NCBI GenBank assembly: GCA_964414795.1
Contig: CAYPWV010000006.1
Location: 1-59,793 of the forward strand
Direction: 5' to 3'
DNA length: 59,793 nt
From: an uncultured Gammaproteobacteria bacterium
GTDB lineage: Bacteria > Patescibacteriota > Patescibacteriia > UBA9934
Shown: piece after piece, positions 27,864 through 36,536 of the stretch
How positions within the stretch are numbered: the stretch's first letter is position 1
Layout: each line of letters begins with the position of its first letter
Translations under genes and position numbers: made by a program
The notes under the pieces: model-generated
Seen by the model: only the letters and a program-made list of their open reading frames with translations
What the model was told of the DNA's origin: nothing
Database searches by the model: none

Positions 27864-28919
27864 TTAAAGGTATCGAGCCTTGTTCAAAGCGTGTTCATCG
27901 TTTGTGGATGCGTAATACACGATTCCTTGAGCATCGGTTAAAAAGTAGTAATAGTCGTTTGTTGCAGGATTCCACACGGCGCGCAGGGCGTTCATGCCAG
28001 GATTGCTAATGGGTCCCGGAGGAAGACCAGGATTTTGATAGGTGTTATAGGGAGATACTAAATCACGATCAGCAAAAGAAATGGAAGGATCATCTCCCCC
28101 CGTAACGTAATTCACCGTTGCGTCAGATTGCAGCGCCATGCCAATATCTAATCGCTTTAAAAAAATGTCGGATACTTGGCGCATGTCATCTGCCCCTCGC
28201 ACTTCGCGCTCGATAATAGAAGCAAGGGTGAGAAGCTCGTGCGTGGTCATGCCCTGCGCATCTCCGGTTACGGCGCCCAGCGACGTTACACGACTTTCCA
28301 TGGTACGTACCATGCGCCCTACCACATCTTCAGCGGTTGCATCCTTAAAAAAACGATACGTATCAGGAAAAAGATATCCCTCCAAGTCAACGTCAACAGG
28401 CTTTTGTGCGGCAAGTACAAAGGGATCACTTGCAAAAGGAGAAGACGGGCCGGTAACGCGCTGCCATTCTTCTTGCGTAATGCTTGGAAGGACCGAATGA
28501 ACTTTTTCACCTATTTGCGCAAGCGTATATCCCTCAGGAATGGTAATGCTTACTTCGGACGTTCCCGAAGGATACACAAGCGCTCCCAAAATATCCGCCG
28601 ATCGATCACCCGGAATAAGTACCGTAGTGCCAGCGTGGACTTTCGTGTCTAGACCCGCGAGCTTTGCCGCAACACGAAACCACCACGCACTTGGAATAGC
28701 ATCAAGATCCGCCAGCCTCTGCGAAACACTCGCAAAAGATTCGCCTTCATCGACGGTAAACGTCATTTCCTGCGCATCAGATGAACGAAAGAAATATTGA
28801 TTGATTTGCCGTACAGCCGCAACCACGCATATCATCAACAAAATAAAACCAAAAACCAAGGGCATGCGCGATGAGCGATGTTTAGCGAGATAGCTGTATT
28901 TTTGAGCGTGGAAGAGCAT
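27864..28919 (-). CDS. mltG: endolytic murein transglycosylase MltG (YceG family)
   Basis: N-terminal TM segment, LASIIEREV and NTYQNPGLPPGPISNPG motifs. Confidence 0.9.
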   Translation of the reverse strand: MLFHAQKYSYLAKHRSSRMPLVFGFILLMICVVAAVRQINQYFFRSSDAQEMTFTVDEGESFASVSQRLADLDAIPSAWWFRVAAKLAGLDTKVHAGTTVLIPGDRSADILGALVYPSGTSEVSITIPEGYTLAQIGEKVHSVLPSITQEEWQRVTGPSSPFASDPFVLAAQKPVDVDLEGYLFPDTYRFFKDATAEDVVGRMVRTMESRVTSLGAVTGDAQGMTTHELLTLASIIEREVRGADDMRQVSDIFLKRLDIGMALQSDATVNYVTGGDDPSISFADRDLVSPYNTYQNPGLPPGPISNPGMNALRAVWNPATNDYYYFLTDAQGIVYYASTNDEHALNKARYL

Positions 28920-28921
28920 GA

Positions 28922-29995
28922 TTACAAATACTTCTCCCCTGTCTTATCACGAATTTCAGCAAGAAGATCCTTGAGATGCTCAGCGGAACGCTTGTGACAC
29001 ACAAGGAGAGCATCCGGGGTGTCCACAATCATAACATCTTCTAAACCAAAAGCTGCAACAAGCCGTTCACCCGACGCATACACCAAGGATCCATGCGTAT
29101 TTTTTACAATTGCCGTGCCCTTCACGACGTTGTTTCCCTGGTCAGACAATCGATCATGGAGCGTATCCCACGTACCAATGTCGCTCCATCCAAAATCTCC
29201 CCGCAAAATACGCACGTCGTGGTGATCCATTTTTTCCGTCACGAGATAATCAAACGCCTTACTTGGCAAAACGCCATACAGCGATGCAATGCGTTCGCCG
29301 TCTTTTTCCGCATACGCATCACGAAGCGCAAAGAGCGTTTCGCTCATGTCGGGAGCGTATTTTTTAAATGCTTCTAAAAACTTTGCAGGCGTCCACACGT
29401 AATAACTTGCATGCCATAAATACGACCCATCTTCAAGATATCTTTTTGCAACATCATACGGCGGCTTTTCGGTATGCCCCGCAAACGCAAGTACAGAAAC
29501 CCCCTTGCGCTCAGCGATCACACTGCCCACTTTTGTATAACCAAGTGCAGTAGAAGGAAACGTAGGAGGCACACCAATGTCCACAAGCACGCCTTCTTCA
29601 CGAACAAGTTCTTCGGCGACATGGAGCAACGTCAAAAAACGATCGGTATCGCGAATGTAATGATCGGCGGGCATGAACACTGTTGGTTCATCGGGCTTGC
29701 TGAGCGATAGCACTGCAGCCGCAAATCCCATCGCAGGACCCGTGTCACGACGATCAGGTTCAATAATAATCTGCTCGTCAGTCAACTCGGGTAACACGTT
29801 TCGAACATGCTCAGCAAATGCCGGAGAAACAGACACAAAAATATCCTCAAGACGATACGCCTTTGCAACCCGATCATACGTATCCCGCAAAAGCGGCTGA
29901 TCCGATAACACATCAAAAAACTGCTTTGGCTTACTTGCCCTGCTCATAGGCCACAAACGCGTACCCACCCCTCCCGCCAAAATAACAATCCGCAT
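28922..29995 (-). CDS. mannose-1-phosphate guanylyltransferase-like sugar nucleotidyltransferase
   Basis: MRIVILAGGVGTRLWPMSR N-terminal signature. Confidence 0.8.
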   Translation of the reverse strand: MRIVILAGGVGTRLWPMSRASKPKQFFDVLSDQPLLRDTYDRVAKAYRLEDIFVSVSPAFAEHVRNVLPELTDEQIIIEPDRRDTGPAMGFAAAVLSLSKPDEPTVFMPADHYIRDTDRFLTLLHVAEELVREEGVLVDIGVPPTFPSTALGYTKVGSVIAERKGVSVLAFAGHTEKPPYDVAKRYLEDGSYLWHASYYVWTPAKFLEAFKKYAPDMSETLFALRDAYAEKDGERIASLYGVLPSKAFDYLVTEKMDHHDVRILRGDFGWSDIGTWDTLHDRLSDQGNNVVKGTAIVKNTHGSLVYASGERLVAAFGLEDVMIVDTPDALLVCHKRSAEHLKDLLAEIRDKTGEKYL

Positions 29996-30010
29996 ATCAG
30001 GCTATTATAG

Positions 30011-30042
30011 AAAAAAAGGGCCGACCCCGCAAAGGGTCGGCC
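30011..30042 (-). terminator. intrinsic terminator of microORF-2
   Basis: GGCCGACCC-TTTGCG-GGGTCGGCC, a 9-bp stem followed by CTTTTTTT on the minus strand. Confidence 0.8.
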
Positions 30043-30067
30043 GCGGAAGGAGCACCGTTGCCGAGCG

Positions 30068-30190
30068 CTACTTCGTGGGACCAGGAGTGCCGATGATGAT
30101 GAGACCGGCCTTGAGGCCCGTCCGAAAACGGGGCTTGTCACTCTTCTTCGGCTGGGTATGGTCGCCTGGCTTGAAAGTGAATTTGAGCAT
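30068..30190 (-). CDS. microORF-2, 40-aa Lys/Pro/Gly-rich peptide
   Basis: MLKFTFKPGDHTQPKKSDKPRFRTGLKAGLIIIGTPGPTK, with GAAGGGAAGG just upstream of the ATG at 30190. It has its own promoter-like block and terminator. Confidence 0.5.
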   Translation of the reverse strand: MLKFTFKPGDHTQPKKSDKPRFRTGLKAGLIIIGTPGPTK

Positions 30191-30261
30191 AACCTTCCCT
30201 TCTGACTTTTTTCCGAAAACCCAGCGATTGCGGATGATCCCGCCTCGTACTGGGTCAACAT

Positions 30262-30290
30262 ATAAAACCAGTTTTCCCCCAAAATGTAAA
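30262..30290 (-). promoter_or_regulatory. candidate promoter of microORF-2 (duplicated block)
   Basis: On the minus strand: TTTACA, 17-nt spacer, TTTTAT. It lies within CTTTACATTTTGGGGGAAAACTGGTTTTATATG, which is near-identical to the block at 30505-30537. Confidence 0.45.
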
Positions 30291-30321
30291 GAAAAACGGT
30301 CGACCCCTCCGAGGCCGACCG
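30289..30321 (-). terminator. intrinsic terminator of microORF-1
   Basis: CGGTCGGCCTCGGAGGGGTCGACCG followed by TTTTTCTTT on the minus strand. Confidence 0.7.
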
Positions 30322-30344
30322 TGAGTTGCACCTTTGCTGGTGCG

Positions 30345-30452
30345 CTAGCCGCGCGGGCGCAGATAGCCCCCGCCGTTGGTGGTCACGGGCCGGAGGCTCG
30401 AGGGGAACCCGTTGCTGATATCTCCAGCTTTCACATTGGTCTTGGTCTTCAT
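30345..30452 (-). CDS. microORF-1, 35-aa peptide (below the ORF-track cutoff)
   Basis: Hand translation gives MKTKTNVKAGDISNGFPSSLRPVTTNGGGYLRPRG followed by TAG. AAGGAG lies 10 nt upstream of the ATG at 30452. Confidence 0.5.
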   Translation of the reverse strand: MKTKTNVKAGDISNGFPSSLRPVTTNGGGYLRPRG

Positions 30453-30506
30453 GATCGTCTTGCTCCTTGTGTCCCAGCGGTCACGGAGAACTCTCCGTTA
30501 GGCGCC

Positions 30507-30535
30507 GAGTCGCCATATGAAACCAGTTTTTGTAC
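30507..30535 (-). promoter_or_regulatory. candidate promoter of microORF-1 (duplicated block)
   Basis: On the minus strand: TTTACA, 17-nt spacer, TTTCAT. It lies within CTTTACATTTTGTACAAAAACTGGTTTCATATG. Confidence 0.4.
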
Positions 30536-30562
30536 AAAATGTAAAGGACGCATCCAGAAAAT

Positions 30563-31063
30563 TTAGATGTTCACAAAAGCAACCGCATACAGTATTCCCA
30601 AGCAGCAACCCACCAGAACATCGCTCAAATAATGCACACCAACGGCGATACGCGAGTAGATAATGAGAAAACAGAGAACAGACGACAGACCGCAGATGGT
30701 GAGGAGAGAAAAAGTATCGGAAAATGTGGGATAGAGCATGAGTATAGTTGCAAAAGCGGCGCTCTCGGTTGCGTGACCGGAAGGAAAAGAATACGTACGC
30801 ACCCACATGGTGTACCCGGAAAGTTTTTCAAAATTGGGACGTTCGCGCTTGATGATTGCTTGAGCAACAAGCAAAGAAAGATAACTCAACACCAACGGAA
30901 TAAGAGGCTTCCACCACGCCATCCAATCCATAGCAGTAACAAAAATCCATAACAACACAAAACCCCACATGCCGTGTGCAGCAATCCATTTCCAAAAAGA
31001 CAACCGTTCTTCGCCAAAGGAACGAAGACGTTTAGTGAGGGTATGATCGAGGGAGAGAAGCAT
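30563..31063 (-). CDS. PAP2-family lipid phosphatase (undecaprenyl-diphosphatase/BcrC-like)
   Basis: KRERPNF, PSGH and SRIAVGVHYLSD motifs. Start set at MLLSLDH (31063), because the longer ORF start lies in GAAGT-word repeat DNA. Confidence 0.8.
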   Translation of the reverse strand: MLLSLDHTLTKRLRSFGEERLSFWKWIAAHGMWGFVLLWIFVTAMDWMAWWKPLIPLVLSYLSLLVAQAIIKRERPNFEKLSGYTMWVRTYSFPSGHATESAAFATILMLYPTFSDTFSLLTICGLSSVLCFLIIYSRIAVGVHYLSDVLVGCCLGILYAVAFVNI

Positions 31064-31242
31064 AGTGAAGTAGTGAAGTTCTGAAGAGGTGAAGTTGGGA
31101 AGTTGGGAAGTGAAAGACCCTGACGATAGGAAGGGTCCAGCGAATAAATAAGGAAATAATACTGACAAATGGGTTTCTCTGGACCCTTCGCAGAGCTCAG
31201 GGTCTCTCGCTCACGACATCCTCTTTTCCCATCTTCACATCT
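31064..31242. repeat. composite palindromic intergenic block (GAAGT/ACTTC word arms)
   Basis: GTGAAGTAGTGAAGTTCTGAAGAGGTGAAGTTGGGAAG.. pairs with ..CTTCACATCTTCAAAACTTCCGATCTTCATCACTTCC. Inner hairpins include GACCCTTCGCAGAGCTCAGGGTC. Confidence 0.7.
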
Positions 31243-32010
31243 TCAAAACTTCCGATCTTCATCACTTCCTATCTTCCCTACTTCCCCCTTCAATCTCTCA
31301 ATCTCTTTCCGTTGTTTTTCTATTTTCGCAAAAATTATTTCTGCGTTCGCAGGACGATTAAGATTCTTTTGCTGATATGCGCAGAGATCTGCAACAGGGC
31401 ATGCCCAACAACGCGGCTTCCCGGGAATGCAAATTGCGCGACCAAACGGAACCATCACCGTATTCACGACGGATTGTACGTCTTGCGGAACAATACGCAG
31501 CAATTTCTTCTCAAGCGCTCCCACGGATGACGCATACGCCCAGCCTAATCGCTGCGTAATGCGAAACACGTGCGTATCAACCGCAATCGCGGGCGTAGCA
31601 AATCGCGCAGCAAGAAGCACGCTCGCCGTTTTTCGCCCAACGCCCGGCAACGTCACCAGCCCTGCCATCGTGCGAGGAATATTGCCGTGATACGTATCTT
31701 GGATCTTTTGTGCAAGCGCAACGATGTGCTTTGCCTTACTGCGATAGAGTCCGATATTCGCAATATATTTTCCCACGTCTTCAGGCGTTGCTTGCGCACA
31801 TGCACGAGCATTGGGATAGGCGCGAAAAAGCTCAGGCAGTGCCTTGAGCACTTGCTCATCTCGCGTACGCGCAGAAAGCACAACAGCAACAAGCATCTGA
31901 AAATCACTTCCCCTATCAAGCGCACCCGACTCAGAAAAATGCGCACGAAGAATGGAGAGCGTTTTTCGAATACGGGTTTGACTCACCTTATTCGGTATAA
32001 CGGACTTCAC
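31243..32010 (-). CDS. nth: endonuclease III (Nth), HhH-GPD DNA glycosylase with 4Fe-4S cluster loop
   Basis: LPGVGRKTA HhH motif and the CIPGKPRCWACPVADLC cluster. It has an extended charged C-terminal tail. Confidence 0.9.
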   Translation of the reverse strand: MKSVIPNKVSQTRIRKTLSILRAHFSESGALDRGSDFQMLVAVVLSARTRDEQVLKALPELFRAYPNARACAQATPEDVGKYIANIGLYRSKAKHIVALAQKIQDTYHGNIPRTMAGLVTLPGVGRKTASVLLAARFATPAIAVDTHVFRITQRLGWAYASSVGALEKKLLRIVPQDVQSVVNTVMVPFGRAICIPGKPRCWACPVADLCAYQQKNLNRPANAEIIFAKIEKQRKEIERLKGEVGKIGSDEDRKF

Positions 32011-32866
32011 AGATAAGTTCGGGATTTTGAACTGGACTCACGGAACAACCCTCTAAAAAAGTAAGTGTTGGAACATTGTCTTGTATATCCAAACGCTGAT
32101 ACACCCAATCCATATACCCCGCATCACCATATCCCGTATAGAGAATAGCACTTCCATTCCAATCAGGAATAAACGTATACCCATCCATTGCACGATAAAT
32201 ACTAAGCGGATACACAATCCACGAACCTGCAACAGCATCCCACTCCAACACCTGAGGCAACCCCGAAACCATTTCTACTTCATCTGAAGGACCATACTCG
32301 TACTCTAACAACAAAAACTTTCTTCCATTTCCCGAACACATCGTATTTCCAAATTTAAAACGATCATCTTCATCTATGACGCTTTCAATGCCTGCAAAAA
32401 ATGTTTCTTGATTTTCAGTGCGAACGTTGAAGTATGCAACAAGTGCGGAACGAACTCCTGCATCAGTAAGCATCTCTTTTGCAGGAACACCAAATTGACG
32501 CATCGCATCACTTGTTGCGTAATTGCGCACATTTGCGCAGTAAGAAACCTGCGCATTTGCGTCACTCCAATTATCGAGTGTTGCCGAAAGAGCAGTTTTT
32601 CCTTCGGGAACATCGGTAACAAAAGGTACTTGTATAAGTTGTGCATCAGTACCCGTAAGAGGAGGATTTTCATGCTCATCTTCTGTTTTGATAATTGGCG
32701 GATCAATGGCGATAACGGTATTTTCTTTGTTGAAACGTTCCTGCACATCATTAGCCAACCACGCAAAATATCCTGCCGCAAGCATACTAATAAGTGTAAT
32801 GCAGCAAAGAAGTGCCATGAATATGACTCGTTTTGATGTGCGCTCTGTAGGGATGGAGTTGTACAT
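31988..32866 (-). CDS. hypothetical membrane-anchored protein
   Basis: 292 aa with an N-terminal TM segment and no recognised motif. Confidence 0.55.
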   Translation of the reverse strand: MYNSIPTERTSKRVIFMALLCCITLISMLAAGYFAWLANDVQERFNKENTVIAIDPPIIKTEDEHENPPLTGTDAQLIQVPFVTDVPEGKTALSATLDNWSDANAQVSYCANVRNYATSDAMRQFGVPAKEMLTDAGVRSALVAYFNVRTENQETFFAGIESVIDEDDRFKFGNTMCSGNGRKFLLLEYEYGPSDEVEMVSGLPQVLEWDAVAGSWIVYPLSIYRAMDGYTFIPDWNGSAILYTGYGDAGYMDWVYQRLDIQDNVPTLTFLEGCSVSPVQNPELICEVRYTE

Positions 32867-32927
32867 AGGAGTGAAGAGGTTTAGGATTTTGGTGTGAAGA
32901 TGAAAGACAGCAGATGGGGAAATAAGC

Positions 32928-33017
32928 GTGTCATCCTGAGGGAGATTTCAAGCCGACCGAAGGAACTTCCTGAATGGGAGATCCTTCGGTCGACGCGGCG
33001 CTCCCTCAGGATGACAC
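32928..33017. repeat. inverted pair of family-2 elements spanning the cca stop codon
   Basis: GTGTCATCCTGAGGGAGATTTCAAGCCGACCGAAGGAACTTCC / GGGAGATCCTTCGGTCGAC..TCCCTCAGGATGACAC. The last cca codons and its TGA lie in the GTGTCATCCTGA terminus. Confidence 0.85.
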
Positions 33018-34550
33018 AGAACCTACAAGACTCTTCTCAAGATACTCAATTGCTTCATTTCTCGTCACAATCTCGCCGCGATCACGGGCGGATTCGACGT
33101 TTGCAAGAAGCATACCAAATGCCTTGCCCGTGGAAAGGGAGATGTGCAGACGTGCAGCAATGTTTTGCAGATCGGTTCCCGAAAGAAGCGGTTCGGCAGC
33201 AGCGTGAAAAAGCGCGTAGCGACGAGAAAGCTCCTCTGCCCATACGCGTACCGGATACGGTCGATCATCAAGCGGCAAATCGCGTCCGCGGGCATTCGCT
33301 TCGCACACTGCCAAAAAAAGCGGCACACGATCAACACCCACATCACGCCAAAGCATACGCAGTGCATTGACGCTCTGCGCTTCCGTCAGTTCGTCGTTTT
33401 TCACTCGACGATAAAGCTCTGGCAATATTTCATGAAATTGGATACATGCGATTACGTCCTTTTCACACCGATCCCCAAACGTAAACCTATCAAAAAACGT
33501 TTTCGCAAGCGCAACGCCCGCCTGCGCATGTCCTTCGTCAGAAATTTTATTTTTTACTTTTTTTGTAACAACGCCCTTGCCGATGTCATGTAAAAGAAGT
33601 GCGAGACGAAATGTGATAAGAGATGTTGAGCTCAGCGAAACATCTTCGTGATCTGTCTCAGGAAGTTCCTTCGGTCGGCTTGGAATCTCCCTCAGGATGA
33701 CACCTTTCTCTTCACTCACAACACCCTCCCCCCTACCCCCCACACCCACACTCTTCACCACATGTTCCCACACCGATCCCTCCGGATGCCAGTTAGGATC
33801 TTGCGGGGTTGTACGCAAAATATCGAGCTCGGGATAGCGCGCAAGAAGTCCGGTTTGTTCTAAAAATCGCAATCCTTTTTCTGGATGTTCAGCACGTAAC
33901 ATCTTTTTCCATTCTTCGGTAACACGTTCGGGAGAAAGCGTAGCGAGCTCAGAAGACACTGCCATTCGTTGAAAAAGCCTCATGCTCTCTTCGTCGATCG
34001 TAAGATCAAAACGCGCAACAAACTGCATCCCGCGATAAATACGAAGCGGATCATCAACAAAGGTGCGTATATCGACAACACGTAAAACACCGTGCACAAT
34101 ATCGTCTTGCCCTTGATACGGATCAATGATCTCTTCGGTAAGTACATCACACAATATCGCATTCATGGTGAAATCGCGCCTGCGCAGCGCATCAATAAAC
34201 GATAGGTACGGATCTCCGGTAATTACAAATCCTTTATGCCCTTTGCCTTTTTTTGATTCCGCACGAGGAAGGGCAATATCAAGCACACCGTCGTCACACG
34301 TCAGCTTGTATACGCCAAATGCCGCACCCAACACATCAATAGGATGATCGGTGATTTCTTCAATAATCTCCTGTATGCGATCAGCAGGAACGCCATACAC
34401 CTCCAAATCAACATCGCGCATCTCCTCACTTCCTCGTATGCGATCACGCACCGTTCCGCCAACGTAAAAAACCCGCGGCGCTTGTGCTCCCGTCTGCGGT
34501 TCATTTGCGATATGTATCGCAAATTTTTGGATGAATTCCTGGGTTTGCAT
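33006..34550 (-). CDS. cca: CCA-adding tRNA nucleotidyltransferase with HD domain, carrying a repeat-derived insert
   Basis: N-terminal GGTVRD..DLE polymerase-beta-type motif and an HD motif LLHDIGKG. The insert GVGGRGEGVVSEEKGVILREIPSRPKELP lies between the His and HD elements. Confidence 0.85.
   Translation of the reverse strand: MQTQEFIQKFAIHIANEPQTGAQAPRVFYVGGTVRDRIRGSEEMRDVDLEVYGVPADRIQEIIEEITDHPIDVLGAAFGVYKLTCDDGVLDIALPRAESKKGKGHKGFVITGDPYLSFIDALRRRDFTMNAILCDVLTEEIIDPYQGQDDIVHGVLRVVDIRTFVDDPLRIYRGMQFVARFDLTIDEESMRLFQRMAVSSELATLSPERVTEEWKKMLRAEHPEKGLRFLEQTGLLARYPELDILRTTPQDPNWHPEGSVWEHVVKSVGVGGRGEGVVSEEKGVILREIPSRPKELPETDHEDVSLSSTSLITFRLALLLHDIGKGVVTKKVKNKISDEGHAQAGVALAKTFFDRFTFGDRCEKDVIACIQFHEILPELYRRVKNDELTEAQSVNALRMLWRDVGVDRVPLFLAVCEANARGRDLPLDDRPYPVRVWAEELSRRYALFHAAAEPLLSGTDLQNIAARLHISLSTGKAFGMLLANVESARDRGEIVTRNEAIEYLEKSLVGSVSS
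33661..33703. repeat. family-2 element copy inside the cca CDS
   Basis: GGAAGTTCCTTCGGTCGGCTTGGAATCTCCCTCAGGATGACAC is translated as GVILREIPSRPKELP. Confidence 0.9.
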
Positions 34551-34561
34551 GGGATTTGTAC

Positions 34562-34590
34562 GTAGAGACGGCCGGACCGGCCGTCTCTAC
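34562..34590 (-). terminator. perfect 14-bp-arm palindrome at the gpmI stop
   Basis: GTAGAGACGGCCGG-A-CCGGCCGTCTCTAC. No U-tract follows, so it may act as a stabilising hairpin rather than a terminator. Confidence 0.4.
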
Positions 34591-36197
34591 GGCAATAACG
34601 ACGTACCCGTCATGTCGGGCGGCGGGTCAATGCCGAGCAACGTTAAAAATGTTGGCGCAACATCGGCAAGCATGCCAATAGGCGGCAAAAGCGAAAGATC
34701 GTTTTCGGGAACATCACCCGCAATACCAGACTTTCCTTCAAGCTCGTTGGAAATGATCCATAACGGCACCGGATTCGTACTGTGTTCCTTGTCCATACCG
34801 TGTGTTTGTAAATTAAGCACCTCTTCTGCATTGCCGTGATCGGCCGTAATGCATACCACCCCATCTTCGGCCAGCACCGCATCAACAATTTTTCCTAAGC
34901 ATTCATCAATCACCTCAATACTTTTTATCGTTGCTGCAAGATTGCCAGTGTGCGCAACCATGTCCGCATTGGCAAAGTTTGCAATAATCACATCGTAATT
35001 CGCGTTGCGCACCTCTTGCATAATACGATCAGCAATAGCATACGCACTCATCTCTGGCTTTTCGTCGTATGACGCAACGTGCGGCGAAGGAATAAGCGCA
35101 CGATCTTCATGCGGAAAAGGATTTTCACGCGTGCCGTTTAAAAAAAAGGTAACGTGTGCGTATTTTTCTGTTTCTGCAATGTGCATTTGCACAAGTCCTG
35201 CGTCCGAAAGCGTTTCTGCAAGCGTGTGGGTAATAAGAACAGGAGGAAAAGCAACAAGCACCGGAAGGCCCTTCTCATATTCCGTCATCGCAACAAAGGT
35301 GATGTTGGGAATGTACTCCCGCACAAATGCATCAAATGCCGGAAGCACAAACGCTCGCGTAAGCTCACGCGCGCGATCCGGACGAAAATTGAAAAAAATC
35401 ACCGCATCACCTGAAACAACCGGAGCAACAGGTTTTCCTTTTTTTACAATGATGGTTGGGACAAACTCTTCGTCATACGTTTCTTTTGCGTACGATTGTG
35501 CAATCGCTTCATCAGGACTCTCTGCCGTAAGCACCGATTCGCCAAGCGCAATAGCCTTATATGCTTTTTCTACCCGATCCCAACGGTTATCACGATCCAT
35601 TGCATAAAATCGACCCGAAAGCGATGCAAAAAATCCAAGACCAATTTCTTTCATCTTTGCTTCAAACGATGCAACAAATTCTTTTCCCGAATTATAGAGC
35701 GTATCGCGACCATCCAAAATACCGTGCACTGCAACACGTTTTACACCTGCAGCTTTTGCAGCTTTAAGAAGTGCGATGCCATGCTCATCAAATCCATGCA
35801 CCTTTCCGGAAGAAATAATGCCGAGCAAATGAAGCGTTCCGCCACTTTTCTTTATTTGGTCAAATACTTGAGCAAATGCCGCATTCGTTGCAAACGATCC
35901 GTCGATCATCGCCTTATTAATACGCGGCAAAGTTTGGCTGTACACCCTTCCAGCACCAATGGCCAAATGCCCCACTTCAGAATTTCCCATCTCTCCCCAC
36001 GACAATCCCACCTCTTCGCCGGATGCTTTTAAGGTGACAACAGGATAACGCTGCGTCCACTTAGTGAGATTTGGCGTACGAGCAGACGTAATCGCGTTGC
36101 CCTCACCGTGCGGCGCAATGCCATAGCCATCTAAAATAAGCAAAACAGCCGGACGTGGCCGGCGAACGTTCTCAAGAGAACTCTTTCCTGAACTCAT
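34587..36197 (-). CDS. gpmI: 2,3-bisphosphoglycerate-independent phosphoglycerate mutase
   Basis: 536 aa with LLILDGYG, GNSEVGH and ITADHGNAE motifs. Confidence 0.95.
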   Translation of the reverse strand: MSSGKSSLENVRRPRPAVLLILDGYGIAPHGEGNAITSARTPNLTKWTQRYPVVTLKASGEEVGLSWGEMGNSEVGHLAIGAGRVYSQTLPRINKAMIDGSFATNAAFAQVFDQIKKSGGTLHLLGIISSGKVHGFDEHGIALLKAAKAAGVKRVAVHGILDGRDTLYNSGKEFVASFEAKMKEIGLGFFASLSGRFYAMDRDNRWDRVEKAYKAIALGESVLTAESPDEAIAQSYAKETYDEEFVPTIIVKKGKPVAPVVSGDAVIFFNFRPDRARELTRAFVLPAFDAFVREYIPNITFVAMTEYEKGLPVLVAFPPVLITHTLAETLSDAGLVQMHIAETEKYAHVTFFLNGTRENPFPHEDRALIPSPHVASYDEKPEMSAYAIADRIMQEVRNANYDVIIANFANADMVAHTGNLAATIKSIEVIDECLGKIVDAVLAEDGVVCITADHGNAEEVLNLQTHGMDKEHSTNPVPLWIISNELEGKSGIAGDVPENDLSLLPPIGMLADVAPTFLTLLGIDPPPDMTGTSLLP

Positions 36198-36224
36198 AGC
36201 TCGGGAAAGTATAGCAGAGCTTTC

Positions 36225-36536
36225 CTACTTCATCGCTAAAGTATCCAAATCGCTCACGGTAACATAAGAAATATTCTTCACCGGAACAAGATCAAGGAAT
36301 TCTTTGCGCTCCATAACACTTGAGAGCGAACGCAAACGATCAATTTCAGCAACAAGACGATCGTTTGCACGCAAAGTTTCTTCATGAAATGCCGCTGCAT
36401 CGCGCAAAGCATATGCTTTTTTAGAAGAAGCATTTACTTGCATGATGTATCCCGTGAGTAATAACAGAAACGCCGTACCTGCAAGAGTGAGCTGCACGGT
36501 AGAAGAGTGTTTGAAAAAGTTTTTAGCTTCAATCAT
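36225..36536 (-). CDS. FtsL-like small bitopic cell-division protein
   Basis: 103 aa with one TM segment followed by a coiled region. It lies directly downstream of rsmH with an ATGA start-stop overlap. Confidence 0.5.
   Translation of the reverse strand: MIEAKNFFKHSSTVQLTLAGTAFLLLLTGYIMQVNASSKKAYALRDAAAFHEETLRANDRLVAEIDRLRSLSSVMERKEFLDLVPVKNISYVTVSDLDTLAMK

Noticed and set aside
30075-30566. 163-aa plus-strand ORF spanning the microORF islet.
   Set aside because: It runs antisense through two terminator hairpins and two promoter blocks and has an Arg/Pro-rich shadow-frame composition. The minus-strand units have SDs, promoters and terminators.
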